A stretch of 64,000 nucleotides of DNA, taken from positions 609,950 through 673,949 of the forward strand of contig NMRA01000075.1 of NCBI GenBank assembly GCA_002633005.1, written 5' to 3'. Shown in pieces: positions 1-13,745 of this stretch. The position numbers and the translations under genes are program-made. The DNA is from Phoronis australis (lineage: Eukaryota > Animalia > Phoronida). The notes beneath the pieces are model-generated. The model had not been told where the DNA came from, ran no database searches, and saw nothing but the letters and a program-made list of their open reading frames with translations. The first letter of the stretch is position 1; each line of letters starts with the position of its first letter.

Positions 1-960
1 GAAACAACAATTTCATGTCTATGTACTGTCACGCTTTCCCCCGTGTGTGGGTGGGCGCAGGTTGTTACAGACCGGTGCTAATAGCTTTCGATGCGACGAT
101 TGACGGAAAACTGGTTCGAGTTAATTCTTTGTTAATCGCAACCGTATGTTCACAAGCCTAGTACTCAAACACTATTTCGTAGTAAACAAATTACATCATC
201 ACTGTACTTAACTCAGGGGTCATGGCAATCAAACAGAATAACAAAACAAAACAATACAACTAAAAATACTATCACACTATATTCTGACATGTACATTGAC
301 CCAATGTTGCCATTATTTATAAATAAAATATGGTACATGGCCTGGATACAAGTCGACTTTGGTAGGAACTGCCTGGTAAAGTTTCTGAGGGCATCCCATT
401 GGATTGGTGATTGCCCATATAGCATATGGAGAAGTTTTAAGAAATGTTTACTGTAATATTTAAAATATGGGCTACCTTTTGAGTGGCAAAACTGCTTTTC
501 AAGTTGATTTGCGCCATTAGCATTGTCTAGCTTGATTCATGGTATGTGGGTGCCGATAGGGTTCAGATTGAGAGAACAGGTCTCACGACTACTTACAAAA
601 CAGTCCACTCCATCAATGAATCAGGGCAACTGCCTTGTGTTTTAGGGTCAGCTAAATATAAAACAGCTAATGTCCATTACTGTATCCCCCGGGCATGACC
701 TATCACTGCCTTGGGTTTAGCACTATACATTTTTATGAAATTAAGTAGGCTGTGATGTTCCAAAGTTTGTTTTTTGGAAACACATTTGATTTTTGTTCCG
801 TTGTAAACAGGTCGCTGCTCAAGTTGGGTTCATTCTGAACAATCAATTTACTTGGAAACTGGAGTTATATTCAGCCCCCTCAATGAAATTTGGTAAATTT
901 TTCAATTCGAAATTTTAATGTTTCCTGAAGTAATGTATTATTGTTGACACATCCTGCAGG

Positions 961-1360
961 TGCACCTGTGGCAACTGTCATACAAACCCAGTTGCTGAAG
1001 AAAGTTAAAGTATGTTTTCAAGAGGTCGACAAGGTTGTTGCAAAACTTGATGAAGAAATGAAGCGTGACAACTTACACTGAAGAAAAAAAATTATTGTGG
1101 AGCATGGGGGTTTTAAACCTGTATGCATCAATCGTAATGTTTTGGAGACTGCATGGCTGCAATGCATAAGTCAATACCCTGATGGCTATAACAGACCCAT
1201 GGCTAAAAGGATGGGACTCATGGCCTACAGACAGTTCTAAAGATGGGTACACGGCCACTTAGGACGTGTTGTCATTCCAGCATGCACAGTAGCCTGCCTC
1301 AGACCTTTCTACTTTCCGCCAGGAAATGAGGAGGGCTTTGAATTCCACGGATTTTCTTAA
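961..1360 (+). pseudogene. KolX / P2X7 C-terminal (ballast-like) Cys-rich domain pseudogene, Kolobok accessory gene remnant
   Basis: After an acceptor-like CCTGCAG at 959 it translates as CTCGNC...VCFQEV...IVEHGGFKPVCINRNVLETAW...AYRQF*RWVHGHLGRVVIPACTVACLR...FPP...FHGFS*. This matches the family pattern CxCGNC / HxGFxxVC / AYRQFxxW / RxVIPxC. It carries stops and a frameshift. Confidence 0.8.
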
Positions 1361-2297
1361 TAGTTTCGTCCATTTATAGATATCAAAAGTTGTCTTACCT
1401 CTGGAATGCCAACTCCTGCACATAACCTATGTATTCTATTATTAAAAGTTGTAACTCAGGGACAAGCCTTATGTAATGCGGATGAGTTTCAAAAAGTTGA
1501 AGCGACAAATTCCGTACAAAAAACGTACATCCTAACAAACGAATGCAATCGCAGCGCAACCTCAGCGGTATGGAATTGAAGTTGGCATTCCGTGAATAGA
1601 CTTCTGTGGTTTCATAATGGTAAATAATTGACACAGCGAGTAGCATTTATTGATGCTCGTACATGTATACTGTAGTAACATGGTCTTGACAAGTGTAATT
1701 TAACTAGGACATTGTCTTAGGTTAGGACTGAATCTCCTGCCCTCTTCTCATACAATAGAACTCTCTTATTCGGTAGTGCTTCGGTGAGAACTTTAGAAAG
1801 GTTATCGTTAATTCGGCAGTTACGCCTCCAAACAACCCTGGCTTTGATGAAATATCTCAGTCTCACTGCATCCAACTTAGCGAGTTCAATTGTAATTCAG
1901 TGAGATGTCAACTAATACGACACAGCAACCAAATCTCAACCCAAAAGCTCCAGTATGCAATAGCTTTAGATGTCTATGACATGGTATAAAAACACAAAAA
2001 GTATGCACATGTGTAGGAAGTGGGAAATCTGGAGGGAGTGCTTGTATGTACCACTCACTCAAAAATTCCCAAGAAAATGTTCGAATTCTGTGCAACTGAT
2101 TAATCTGTCGTACAATTTGGTTGATGTAGTCGCAAGAAAAGACTGACGACCCAAACAGGAACATACCCACTTAAGAAAGTCTTCCTATACCGGTGCAATG
2201 TATGGGACAGCAACATTTTAGTGCAAATCAAATATACCTAAAAAAGCTATTCCACAATATTTATAGTCGTTGTATTGAAGAAACATGGAAATATTTC

Positions 2298-2444
2298 TAG
2301 GGTCGGATACAGGATTTTTAGTAAGGGGGGCCAGGGCACAGTATTAGCCAGGATTTTGGCTGTTAGACATTCGCTCCCCCGAACTGTAAAATGGAATCAG
2401 GGAAAGTTTAAGGTAAGCCATGGCCCCCTCTAAATCCGCCACTG
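2298..2444 (-). mobile_element. MITE with CAGTGGCGG-type termini, inverted copy of 32005-32167
   Basis: Shares AGCCAGGATTTT...AGACATTCGC.CCCCCGAACTG...AATGGAATC with the 32 kb copy. Flanks ATTTC/GTTTC form an imperfect 5-bp TSD. Confidence 0.75.
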
Positions 2445-3659
2445 GTTTCAATATAAGAACACAGTACATCACCAGATTTATCTATACAATCGTGACAGCC
2501 AAATGCCACACACAAAAGCTTTTTACAATTTACCACTATCAAAAATATAATCCAAAGCATTGGTAGTGACTGTCAAATATGTGACGCCAAGTAATTCTAG
2601 TGCTGTCCATTGACAAAGCAGCCAGTGTGTGTTTATCTGAATAACGGATACTCATCTGTGCCACAGCATCTTCCTTGGACACATCTGGAGCACCAGCAGT
2701 CGGCATTGGAGGCGCATCATTTTTTAAGCGAAACTCAAAAGTTAAAAAACAATTTAATCCAGAGAGTAGTCCATGGTTAAAGTAAAACACGACGATATCT
2801 AATTCCAAGTTTTCGCCTACTTTTCTAACCTTTAAGCAAAAGCCAAAACTAGAATTTAATTCAGTTTTTTTTTTTTTGAAGCAGATTACTTTAATAATCA
2901 AAACCTTGGAAATGAGTTACCATCGTGTTTTACTTTATTCATAGTCAGCATTCTTTCCAAAATACATGCATCTTTTGAGATCATCTTTATTTGTTGTGGC
3001 TTTTAGTTTTACTGATTCAGTCAAAACTAAATCTTTCATCGAAAACAACAGACTTTTAAACACTTGAGATCTACGGTGATTGTGAAAAAAAGATCGTTAT
3101 TTGTTCAGGCACTGCGAAAGCGTCATGAATCAAAATTATCAAGGTAACCTACCTTTTTACAAGACCAACTTTAACCTCCATGATTTGCTTGTCGTCGAAG
3201 CAGCTGTCCTCGAAATGGTCGAAGCATATTTCGGTTCCGACAGATGGCTGACTCGACAGTCATTTTCCAAAGACGAGCAGTGCACACGAACACGTGCCAT
3301 TACGTGGCCAGATGCTTGCCTTACGGGAATTTAGATGGCTCACGCCTTCCACCGGGGTGGTGTTTGAGCAGTAAGGGCACACACACCGATGCACCGTTGC
3401 TACGGTAAAGTCGCGCGATTTTCGGACACTCAAAATTTATTCCTATAGAAAAATATTCGTTCTTGGACGAATCTAGCGAAACATCATTTTTGTGGTGCCC
3501 GAATTCGGCAGACCTCCAACTTTGGGCTTCCGTTCGTGTCCGAATTTCGTGGGTGTACATTATTTCGATGAATAGTCGTAGTATCAACATTGCTGGCTCG
3601 ATCATTTGATAGCATTTTAATTGCAGGTCAATTAGACTCAAACGGTCTGCGCGATTAAT

Positions 3660-4090
3660 TTTTGAAAAAGTAACTTTCCCAATAAGAAATGTGCGTTGTC
3701 GACGCTCAAAGACCGTTCCTGACAAGTGTTGGTTCTTCTTTTCAAAAATGTGCTTTCTCAATATGAAATATTCGGCTTGCATTGCCGATGCTCAAAAACC
3801 GTTCTAGGCAAGTGACGGAATATTTTCAAAAATGCGCTATCCCACTTGAAATATCGGGCTGCGTTGTGAAAAAAAATGTTCCTGGTGACAAATAAACATG
3901 TAGGCTTTCCAATGGTTTGCGTTGTTGACGCACATGATACGTTCCAGACAACTGATTCTCTTTTGTAAAAATGCGTTTTCTCAATAACAAATATCGAGTT
4001 TGCGTTGTCGACGCACAAAGAGCGCCCCGATAGATGCTTTTTTAATGTGGTTTCCCAATAAAAAGCTGCTCTTGCGTATATAACGCCAAG
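3660..4090. repeat. Degenerate tandem repeat, unit about 80-85 bp
   Basis: Recurring TTTC(C/T)CAATA..AAAT...TTGCGTTGTCGACGC(A/T)CAAAGA.CGTTCC..ACAA.TG...TTTTCAAAAATG units, about 5 copies. Confidence 0.65.
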
Positions 4091-6325
4091 ATTGAACGGT
4101 CTTTGTTCGTCGTGTACTGTGATATAATGGCAGTGAAATGCATCGCAGGATATGATCTAGTTTTTGTTCCCCATTATCATTTCACGGTGTCAAAGGTCAA
4201 CTTTTCGCGGATATTTTTAGTTTCGCTTTTTTAAAATAACTAAAGATACAATTATACGTTAATTTGAATACAACACATTCAAATAGCAATCCCTTGAAGG
4301 TTTTATTGCAATTTAACATACTTGGACCTTGCAAATTACACTTTAAGAGGCTGGACCAGAGTCTCGTAAAAATTTAGCTGCCATCCCCGAAAAGCTGCTT
4401 GTCGATTACCGTTTGGGAATACATCAGCGAACACGCTCAGACGTGTAAAGTTCACAATATTCACTTTCAAGGTTATGTAGGATCTCATCGACTAGTCTAC
4501 ATTGTATACATTAATAAGATATCTACAGCTGTAGAATGTAACTCGGCGAAAGTATATATTTTCTGAGAGCAGAAATTCTGTAGAACCTTATTATTGGCTC
4601 TATACCAATATGCCATCAACGAGGTCACGTGACCATGCTTTATAGTAAAATTTAGCTAAAAAGAATGGTACATTCATTGCATAGCAAGAGAATCATTTTC
4701 CTCTGATATAAATGTTAGCGATAATATCTCAAAAATATTGCTAGAGTTTTCTAAATTGTCGTTTCATTTTCAATTTATGCATTTGTTTCATAAAAATCAC
4801 CTTACACCTATTTTTGATATCTAATCACGCAACAGTGGAGCACTTCACCGCTGGCTATAGCACAGTTATTGCAGGACCGTATCATCATATTCACGCGTGC
4901 GCGATAACATGAAGTTTTGAAGTGGTGAAAAGTCCACAGTGATTCACATTCTTCTTTGAACATTTGTGTAACTTTTCGCCTAATTACGCGACCGTTATTT
5001 GCCAGTCTGAAATGATTAACCAGTTCCGAAATAGGAATCAAAACCAGGATTTTCTTCTGAGCACTACATGTATGCGGTGAGTCTGTACATGCGCACATAA
5101 CGTTCACCTCAGAGGCCGAAGGGAGCACAGAGCAGTTGTTACTGGGTTTTCCTACCAAAACACGTGTCGATGGACTCGTCACTCTTTCTTCACTGTATAG
5201 AAAGAATGAAAAGTTTCGAGTCATTTCATATCGCAAGCCCTTGAGATGAGCACAGGAACTTTGTATTTCTGTCCCTTCCATTGCTACTGAAAAGCAAATA
5301 GGCTAAGAAAAAGGGACGAAAAGACACAAAATCATACCACTTTTCACCCCAAAATCACCACCTTCCTGCCGATGCCCGACGATCGCCAAAATTCGATTCT
5401 GAAAGAAAATTTCCTACATATTCCAAAAACGTGGCACTTAAGTACTGTTAACCAACTATTTTTTGCAATTCTTGATTCGTTGAGGGCTACCTGAAGCCGA
5501 TTTCTCGGACCTGCTATGCCAAATGCAACAGGGTGCCGCCATCTTGAAGAAGAGTGCAGGCTACAGCCGAGCAAGGTTTTTTTCGTATTCTACATAAATA
5601 ACTCGTGTTTATGTTTATGACAATTTACTGAGATATGAAGGAGCTCATCGCTTTGCGTTGAAAGAGATTGTGTTCCGTAATGGTTTTTTTTAGACATTTC
5701 GCTTGTCGCAGACAGAGGCAGATTGCTTTTGTTTGCACTTGCTTTGGGTCGATACGGATGAAAATTTTATGATAGTAATTTGGACGTACCAGAACTTGAG
5801 GTTGTAAAAAGGATTGTATTTGATTGCATGCCACTTCGCTTGTTTGTCTACACTCTTTCCAACTAGAACGTTAAACTTAAAACACATTAGTGGTTAATAC
5901 TGTCAAACCCGTAATTTACACAATCGTTGTGCGAGAGCCTGTGTAGTTCTCGTTGGTTTTACTATTATCCGGTAGGTGTCACCACAACACGGTTTATTAA
6001 ACCGCCAGTTGTGTTCCTAAACTAGTGCTCTGGTTGCCTATGTGGAGTTTTAAGCAAGAATTACTCCACAAACTCATTAAACGGGACCGTAAGAATTGCA
6101 CGTTGTCCCAAAGGCGTATATCAATCGAATCGAATAATTTGCAACATGAGGCGAGAGAACAAATTGAATAATGAAATCGTGCATTCGGAGCTGTCAACGG
6201 AGGCCTCAGTATTAATGTTCCCTGAAGAGCCTGCAGCCAAAATTACTGTATTCAGTTTGCTTTTAGTCATCAGTACGGATCTCTGCTGTACATCTCGTCC
6301 CCGAGTTTATGCGCAGCGCTGCTGT

Positions 6326-6750
6326 GCGTGAACTTGGAATCCTGTTTAATCTCAAGATTAAGCGGAATTGAGTGCTGCGTGAACTTGGAATTGAATATTC
6401 AGTAAGGCAAAAAGGTGAAATTTTTGTTCGGGGAAAATAATTCTTGTAATCATTGGCCTCGCGATCAACCATTTTACCCTTTATCGCAACTTGTGCCGCT
6501 GAACCGTAGGAATATGTGAATGGCTAAATCGATTATTGTTTTGGTGAAACTGATCCCCTGCAGTTGAAAAGGTTGGTTAACATTAACATTATTTTATTCA
6601 AATGTAACTTGATTTATTGCAGTGCAAATTTTTATGAACATGAATGTGAATATTTGAGTGAACTTGTCAAGTTGCCTGTCGTATTCCAAGTTCACCTAAC
6701 ACTCACTTCTTCTTCTTCTTGAGATTAAGCAGGATTCCAATTTCACCGCG
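6326..6750. mobile_element. MITE with TIRs of about 32 bp
   Basis: GCGTGAACTTGGAATCCTGTTTAATCTCAAG at 6327 pairs with CTTGAGATTAAGCAGGATTCCAATTTCACCGC at about 6718-6749. Confidence 0.7.
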
Positions 6751-7914
6751 TATAGCCATTACGACTTTGGGAAACTGGATAATAAGCTGTTCGTAGAATG
6801 ACGTTTAGCCAAAAGACGAAGGGTGATTCAGACCTCTGAAGTGGACCAGAAATCATCAACAGACAGCATGAAGATACATCCCACAAGAGTAAGCTGTCTT
6901 GACTTGGTCGTATTTAGGTTATGTAAATCCTTTGAAAAACGTCTAAATTTGGCTAATTGCGGAGTGTCCAAGGTTAGAAATGATTGATCGGACTTACATG
7001 AGATGTTCATACGCTAGGCTGTTCTTCAATTTAAACGTTTTTAGGAATAATTCCATTTTTGCACGAGGGGCTACCAAAACTGGGTTTTTAATGATTTTTA
7101 TGAAAAATTGTAAAAGTTACAAAAAACGAAACGATGTTTTAGAACAGAGATCCCATGTTGAACATTTACATACGAATTTCGGCCAAGCTATTTCGTGTAA
7201 GTTTCATATGACTTTACCTTTTCATTTTTGCTAAATCTTGCATGTAACCAATTAATAAGAGATTTATTTCAAGTAAAAAGGCAAATTCTATAGGCATGCT
7301 GCTAAATGTATTAAGTTTTTCATATTTAATTTCAGATATTGGGTAAATGCACAACTCCCTCGATAAGGTCCAATGTACTCAACCTAATAACTCGCCTCTG
7401 ATAAAGCTCAACTTTAGGTGCCTTCTACTGCTTCAACATGGGCATCTTGAAATACACACATGTATAGATGTAGTCTTGTTTGGAAACGCGACTGAAGTAA
7501 ATTTATGTTACATGTAGGCGGCTTGGTGTACACTCGCTCATACCCACTGTACAATTTCCCGTCTTCCGGTGTGTGCGGTTGTAAAGCAAATTGCCAATAG
7601 ACATTACAAACAAACAAGTTAAGGTGCTAGCTATATTTTGAGGGCACATTTCTTATCCTCAGGCATTTGGTACAACGAGCGTGATGGAAGGGTAACAAAC
7701 AATGGAATAAACTGTGACAGGTGGTAGAAGACCATGCAGCAGAGAGTGCGAATGTACGTGTATCACACGGTAGGAAGCCCGCAAGCGTAACGGAACAGAG
7801 CCGGCGTGCGGTACACACCTGTGAGCTCATTCAGCACAGGTTTTGCGTGACAGATCAAGAGAGACTACAAATCTTTAACCGAAACGAGTCTTTTCCTACA
7901 AAGCTGGCGTTCTG

Positions 7915-8314
7915 GGCCCAGTCTTGACTCTTTTTACTCGAAATGGAACTCGAAATTGCGTTTGGCATTTTTTACTCTACTTTTGTAGGAACTCAAGATA
8001 AGTGTCTATTATTCTATGCTCGAGTACGTAATGACTTACGTGGATGATTTATTAGTCCTAGTTTGCAGTTAATAAATCCAACATTAAAGCTAAAAGTTTG
8101 AGTTTAAATTTGAAATTTCGAGTTTTTACTGGAGTTTGTAGCACGAAAATAAGAGTCTTTAACTGCAAACTTGGACTATAAACCAATATGCATGAAATAT
8201 AATTATTCAACCACAGTTTGATAACCACTCATCTTGAGTTCGCGCAAAAGGAGCAGAGAAATTGACAAAAATAGTTTCGAGTTCGTTTCGAGTAGAAAGA
8301 TTAGATACCGGGCC
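7915..8314. mobile_element. PIF/Harbinger-like fold-back MITE, copy 1
   Basis: GGCC termini, long imperfect inverted arms, CTG/CTG 3-bp TSD. Homologous to 12830-13204. Confidence 0.8.
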
Positions 8315-9374
8315 CTGACTGCCTTCTGGCGGGTTAATGAATTTCAATATTTCGAAAGTCAGCTATTCAATATTACATCAGCGTGACAGTGTTTTAAAGC
8401 CCCAAAGTGGTTCGCTTAAGAAGTCAGCATTTGACAGCCAAACAGCTGCAAAATGCGCGGCCGCGTTAAGTGGAACGCGTCCATTCCGCCCACTGCTGTT
8501 CTTGCAGTAGTGACAAGTCACAAAGGCGTTTCCCAATAGATGGTGCTGATACTAATTGCTTTCTAAACATCAATCAATCACACAGAGTCCGAATGCTATT
8601 TTGTGGCGAATCTGAATATCCAAAGTACTTCGTTCTGTTAATTAATGAAAAGTAATGCCATCTGATCCTTTCACAGTGGTACCTGTCGTAACAATAGTAA
8701 AGAATGTACCCGTGTTATAGTTTTTAACGACAAACAACTTTTCTTTTGGCTGGAAAAGTTCGATTTCCGGAGGATGTAGATCTGAGTATGTATAATTTAA
8801 GGTAAAAGAGACTGAGGTGGGATTTTTGAATCCACCTATTGTATTCGGAAAAATTACGCAAGAACCAATGACGACACACTTAGTTGTCGCCTGAGAACGA
8901 TGTCTCCCAGTTCGCGCGGTGTCCCCCTTACTTTTCGCCACCTATGAGGTACATGCATATCGGAAGTACGTGGCTTAATTGTTTAGTTGTTTTGGGTAGA
9001 CAATTTTGTATTCATTCGTATTCAGTAGCTGTGGCTCCCTGTTTGGTAGGGACACCGACTGATTCGTCGGCAACGACCCCTAATGAGAAGAATCGATTAC
9101 ACATGTCTCATCTGTCAGATAATTAATCGGATACAGTCGATGTTTTTTGTCTACTGCCGCTGACATTTTTGCGGTTCATTGGGTCGCCTCTAGGAATTCC
9201 TGGCGTCTACATGATTTGCATCTGAATGCCAACTGACGCAACGAACATACATGTATAGCAGTGAGGTTGAGTGACCTTGTTCTCTAAAACGGAACAATGA
9301 GATGACCACTCAGTGGAACATATTGGTTCTTGTGGATAATAGAATGGCAAAAATCACATTCCACAGGAACTATC

Positions 9375-9470
9375 GCCATCATTACCACCATCACCATCGT
9401 CATCATCATATCATTATCATCATGACCATCATCATCATCATCGTCGTCGTCATCAACTTCAATCATCATG
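9375..9470. repeat. (CAT/CAC/CGT)n microsatellite
   Basis: Directly visible. Explains the poly-His/Asp/Ile ORFs at this position. Confidence 0.9.
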
Positions 9471-12400
9471 GCGTTATCGATATCGCCGTGGTTATTATGA
9501 CCATCGAGCCGTTGTTTATTAGACAGATGACGTTCATAACGTACAACCAACATAACAAGTACGAAATGTTTACATTGGTGGATCTAGGATATTGCAAGGG
9601 TAGGGGGAAATCAACCCTAACCATAAAAACGGATGACTACATTTTTCTCGGTCCTACCCGGGGCTCAGTCCTCCACAAATCTGTTTGTAGGTTTATAATG
9701 TGTGTATTTCCATAACTAATTCCCCAAGAAATGATAGAAAGAAGGTGTCGTACAAACAGCTTCAGCCTCCTGAACACATCAAAACACTCTAATAACTAAA
9801 GTCCGCTGTTCGGCATCAGATATTCATGTATATGCTAGCTGGTTTGCTTTTCTGCCAATAGGTGACATGTAAGTTTGCTGTGGCTGAAGAACGACATGAC
9901 TGATTTGCTGTTCGTCATTGACGTACTTGATGAACCACAAAGCACACGTTCATTGATTGATCATTCTACAACTAATTCGCGTGGAAATTGTAAGTGCATT
10001 TCTAGGAGAATCAAGGGCAATTGCATGACACCGCGGTCATTATACTGTATGTATGCATTAGATAAACAAAATACTCTTCAGTCCCATGCCGTTGTTCCTA
10101 AAGAAAGAACAAGTTTGGAGGAGCTCGGCTCCCAATAATGAGATTGTATTATAACCCAAGCTTAGATTTTGCCCACTTTATTTTTGAAAAAAGCAATTAG
10201 TTATGTATTTCTGCTAAACTTATCTGGTTTAAGTGGGCATTGTGTTAAACTTTTTTAAAGTGACGTGTAAGGCCGCCCTAGGGCAGGATTCTTCTTATGT
10301 AAAATTACGTAGTACAGGTTGTAAATGACTATTATATTGTGGAACATGTGACATAATAATATGTGTCTACTTCTATCAAACTACTCAGGTGTTTCACTGA
10401 CATTCTTTCCGTGATTCTTTTCGGAATTTTATAAAAATCTTGATGTTTGACATTACATGAGCTGTACGTGAGACATCGCACCGGAAGTGACGTCCCCATT
10501 CCTATTACTACTTCTTCAGGATCTGAAGTGCTCGCTACATGTACTTTTCTTAGAGCATGTAAGTTCCCAAAGAATGGGATTTGTGGCAAGACTTTTCAAA
10601 GCAAAACACATAAATCATGAAGATTGTTCGCCTGTTCCAAAATTTGTAAGACCCTTATCGTAAACAGTATCTAACTACAATAAGCACCAGGCTAATTGCT
10701 GACAGACACATCAGACCTAACTCCAAAACCACACATGAATGGATGGAACTACTTTTGACCAGCTGCATCAGTTTAATAAACAATGTAGGTTATAAAAACC
10801 AAAAGGACAGTTTATAACCAAGCTTTCTGTGGTAAATGCGAACACCGTGGATTATATACATGAACCAATGAGACAACTGAAAACACGAAATACCAGTTTT
10901 AACATATACTCAGAATCGCATTATTATTGATACAAATGTTAAACAAAGCATTGCACAACGCCAACGGAAAAATTCAAAACCTACAGATTAAATTAGGACT
11001 CAGGAAAGTACAAGAAATAACAGTAAAATCAAATACCGCTTGTAGTTCTAACAACTAAGCTTTTATAAAATAAACAATCTCCGTTTCTTCAAAACTTGTT
11101 TATACAAGAAATAGAGGCGAGCAACTAATGAGACACAATTTGAATCAAAGTTTCAGGAACTGAATTGTAAAACTTTAACATTCATCAGAGGTAATTGCAA
11201 ACAATGATCAAAATAGTATGGATGCAGAAGAGCTGTAGCTGTATTTCACTTAACATGAATTTAAGTAGAAGTTCCAATGTTTACTATTACTACTAGTAAT
11301 GATAATGAGGGTGTCGGTAAGTTGACGCTTTCTAAGTTATAAACGTAACAGCTGTCCGAGATCTGTACTATTGTAGCTAGAGACCAGGCGAGTTTTTGTC
11401 ATGTCCTTGGCAGATTCAGAACAACGACTGTTCTGCGTACGACTGGACACAGCGCATCCATTAAGACTCCGTTGTAACTGCCCACACAAATGACACAATA
11501 CTGTTTTCTTTTAGACATATTTGTGCTTAATAAAATCGTTATGGATGTACGTACTTGTGGTACGCTGGCCACAAGCAGCCTGTTAATAACTAATCGATAG
11601 TATTTAGCGTGGGTACTGCGCTTCCATGTACGACAAATTAGCTTACTTCCGGCAAAAAGAAACGTATATTTGTTTAATTACTCACTGCAAAACGCCGTTG
11701 AAAAGTCGCCCTAGTGTGTTTATAAGTGTTCAGAAATCTTTGTTTAACCTGGATGTTGCGAGATTCAACTAACTGCATCAGCTAAATATTTGGGGCTCAA
11801 TCCCTCTGCTTACTAATACACGATCGTTTATTATTCACATGTACAATGTAGGTGAACCGCACAAAGTAAAGTACTGTACTGATTCCCGTCTTTTAGCGAT
11901 AGCGTTCCCTCCTTCCAAAACTCGCGGCAAAAAACGCGTCTAGAGACGGAGATATAAAGCGTGACGATTAAGGGAAGGGATGAACAGCTCACACTACCGT
12001 GAGCCCCGGATTTCTGGGTGCGGCGGCACTGATTGTTACAAACATTATAAAACAATCAACAGAAAGGAATGAATATGCACGGGCGGCTCAGCACTGAANC
12101 CCCCCCCCCCCCCCAGCTCGTGATATGTCTCGTAATTTGTAACAGTGTCTTGAAGTACATCGCTTCCCCGTTTCGTGACTCAATCTGCACCATAGGCCTT
12201 CGTATAAATTAAGAATCAAATTACACTGTAGTAATGAAGCAGCGAACATTATTCAATGCGGAATTCAGACATTTTTTAAGTTTTAATTGCGTACTTTACA
12301 CATTTATCTGCAATTTGTTGATTATTTTGGAAATAGCGTACATGTATATTACTATAAAATCGTTCAATTTATTGTCTACGGTAACCTTAAATTTACACCA

Positions 12401-12829
12401 GGGACGACCATAATTTGGTTCAAAGGTCATTGGTTTTACCTTAGTGGTGTGATAGGGGCATTCACCTGGAACTGTAGTGATCGGGATTAGAATTAAAGTC
12501 CAGCTGAAAACGGCCAATTTCTTATTATTGCGTTTATCCGGTCAACAGGTTCATGATTACCGCGATGAAGGCGACGACCGATAGTACAGCTGGCCTACCG
12601 CCAACCATGACCCTGACATGCCAAAACAACGCTACACGGAACTCGGCTGTTCCAAGAACGTATTGTACAAAAGCGTTCTCATTCGCCTGCATCATCCCCT
12701 ATACCTTTCGCAAGATCGTCATTTATGTTCATGAGTCTCATCCACACAATGCATAGACGATGCCGATGTGCAGACAAAATCCAGACCAATGCAGTTCTGA
12801 GTCAAGAAACCGCAAACAATAGGCACCAG

Positions 12830-13204
12830 GGCCTGGAATCTGATCTTTGTACTCGATACGAACCCGAAATTAGTTTTTGGCAATTTCTCTGCTACTTTTG
12901 TCCGAACTCAAGATAAGTGGTCATTAGCCTGTGCTCGAATACATTTTAGTTTACGCATATGATTTTCTAGTCCAAGTTTGCACTTGATGACCCTTATATT
13001 CGTTCTACAAACTCGAATAAAAATTCAAAATTTCGAGTTCAGCCTTGATTTTGGATTTATCAACTGCATACTAGAACTAAAAAGTTATCCACGTAAGCCA
13101 TAGTGTACTCGATCATACGCTGTTGAGTTCGCACAAAAGTAGAGTAAAACATGCCAAACATAATGCCGAATTCCATTTCGAGTAAAAAGATTCGAATCCA
13201 GGCT
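12830..13204. mobile_element. PIF/Harbinger-like fold-back MITE, copy 2
   Basis: GGCCTGGAAT...ATCCAGGCT termini, CAG/CAG TSD. Shares GAACTCAAGATAAGTG with copy 1. Confidence 0.8.
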
Positions 13205-13600
13205 CAGAAGCTTTACAGCTGTCACGTTTGATCAATCTCCACCTGGCCGCCCACGGTTTTACCGAGGTGTCACCAACGGCCCCAAAAGCCAAAATACAAG
13301 AATGAGGGGCAAATGATACAAACTGCAGGTGGTGGTAGGTCTAACAAACTTCGAAGGTCGTGTCCATAGAAGGAGACTAGAACCCCTGAATGGACCCAGA
13401 ATGGAGCCCCTTACGGAAACTCGCTGGGAACTCGTAAGCGAGAGATATTATACATTGTGGAGATATGGGGTTATTGAGTCAATTGCCCGGAATGACGTGG
13501 TTTGTTCTCACGGCAGTTGAATGGATCGGAACGGTCACAGGTGCCTGCCCGCTCTTGTCCGGCAGGGTTACATTCTGCAGATTACGTTTCTTGCAAGACA

Positions 13601-13745
13601 AAAGAGATAACTCCAGACCACTTAAAACCATGCCAGTGAAGGGTGAGGGTTTCGCGATACTTTACTCAAAGGAAAGAGATAACTCAAGACCACTTAAAAC
13701 CATGCGAGTGAAGGGTGAGGGTTTCGCGATACTTTACTCAAAGGA
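13601..13745. repeat. 72-bp tandem duplication
   Basis: AAAGAGATAACTC.AGACCACTTAAAACCATGC.AGTGAAGGGTGAGGG... at 13601 and 13673, near-identical. Confidence 0.95.

Noticed and set aside
5344-6197. Helitron Pif1 helicase-like words (GRKVVILG, QRAIL, GTQLAV)
   Set aside because: Too short and in the wrong order, so probably chance.
9284-9715. His/Asp/Ile-rich ORFs (also 22301-22767, 33258-33651, 43599-43927, 48151-48384)
   Set aside because: Translations of microsatellites.
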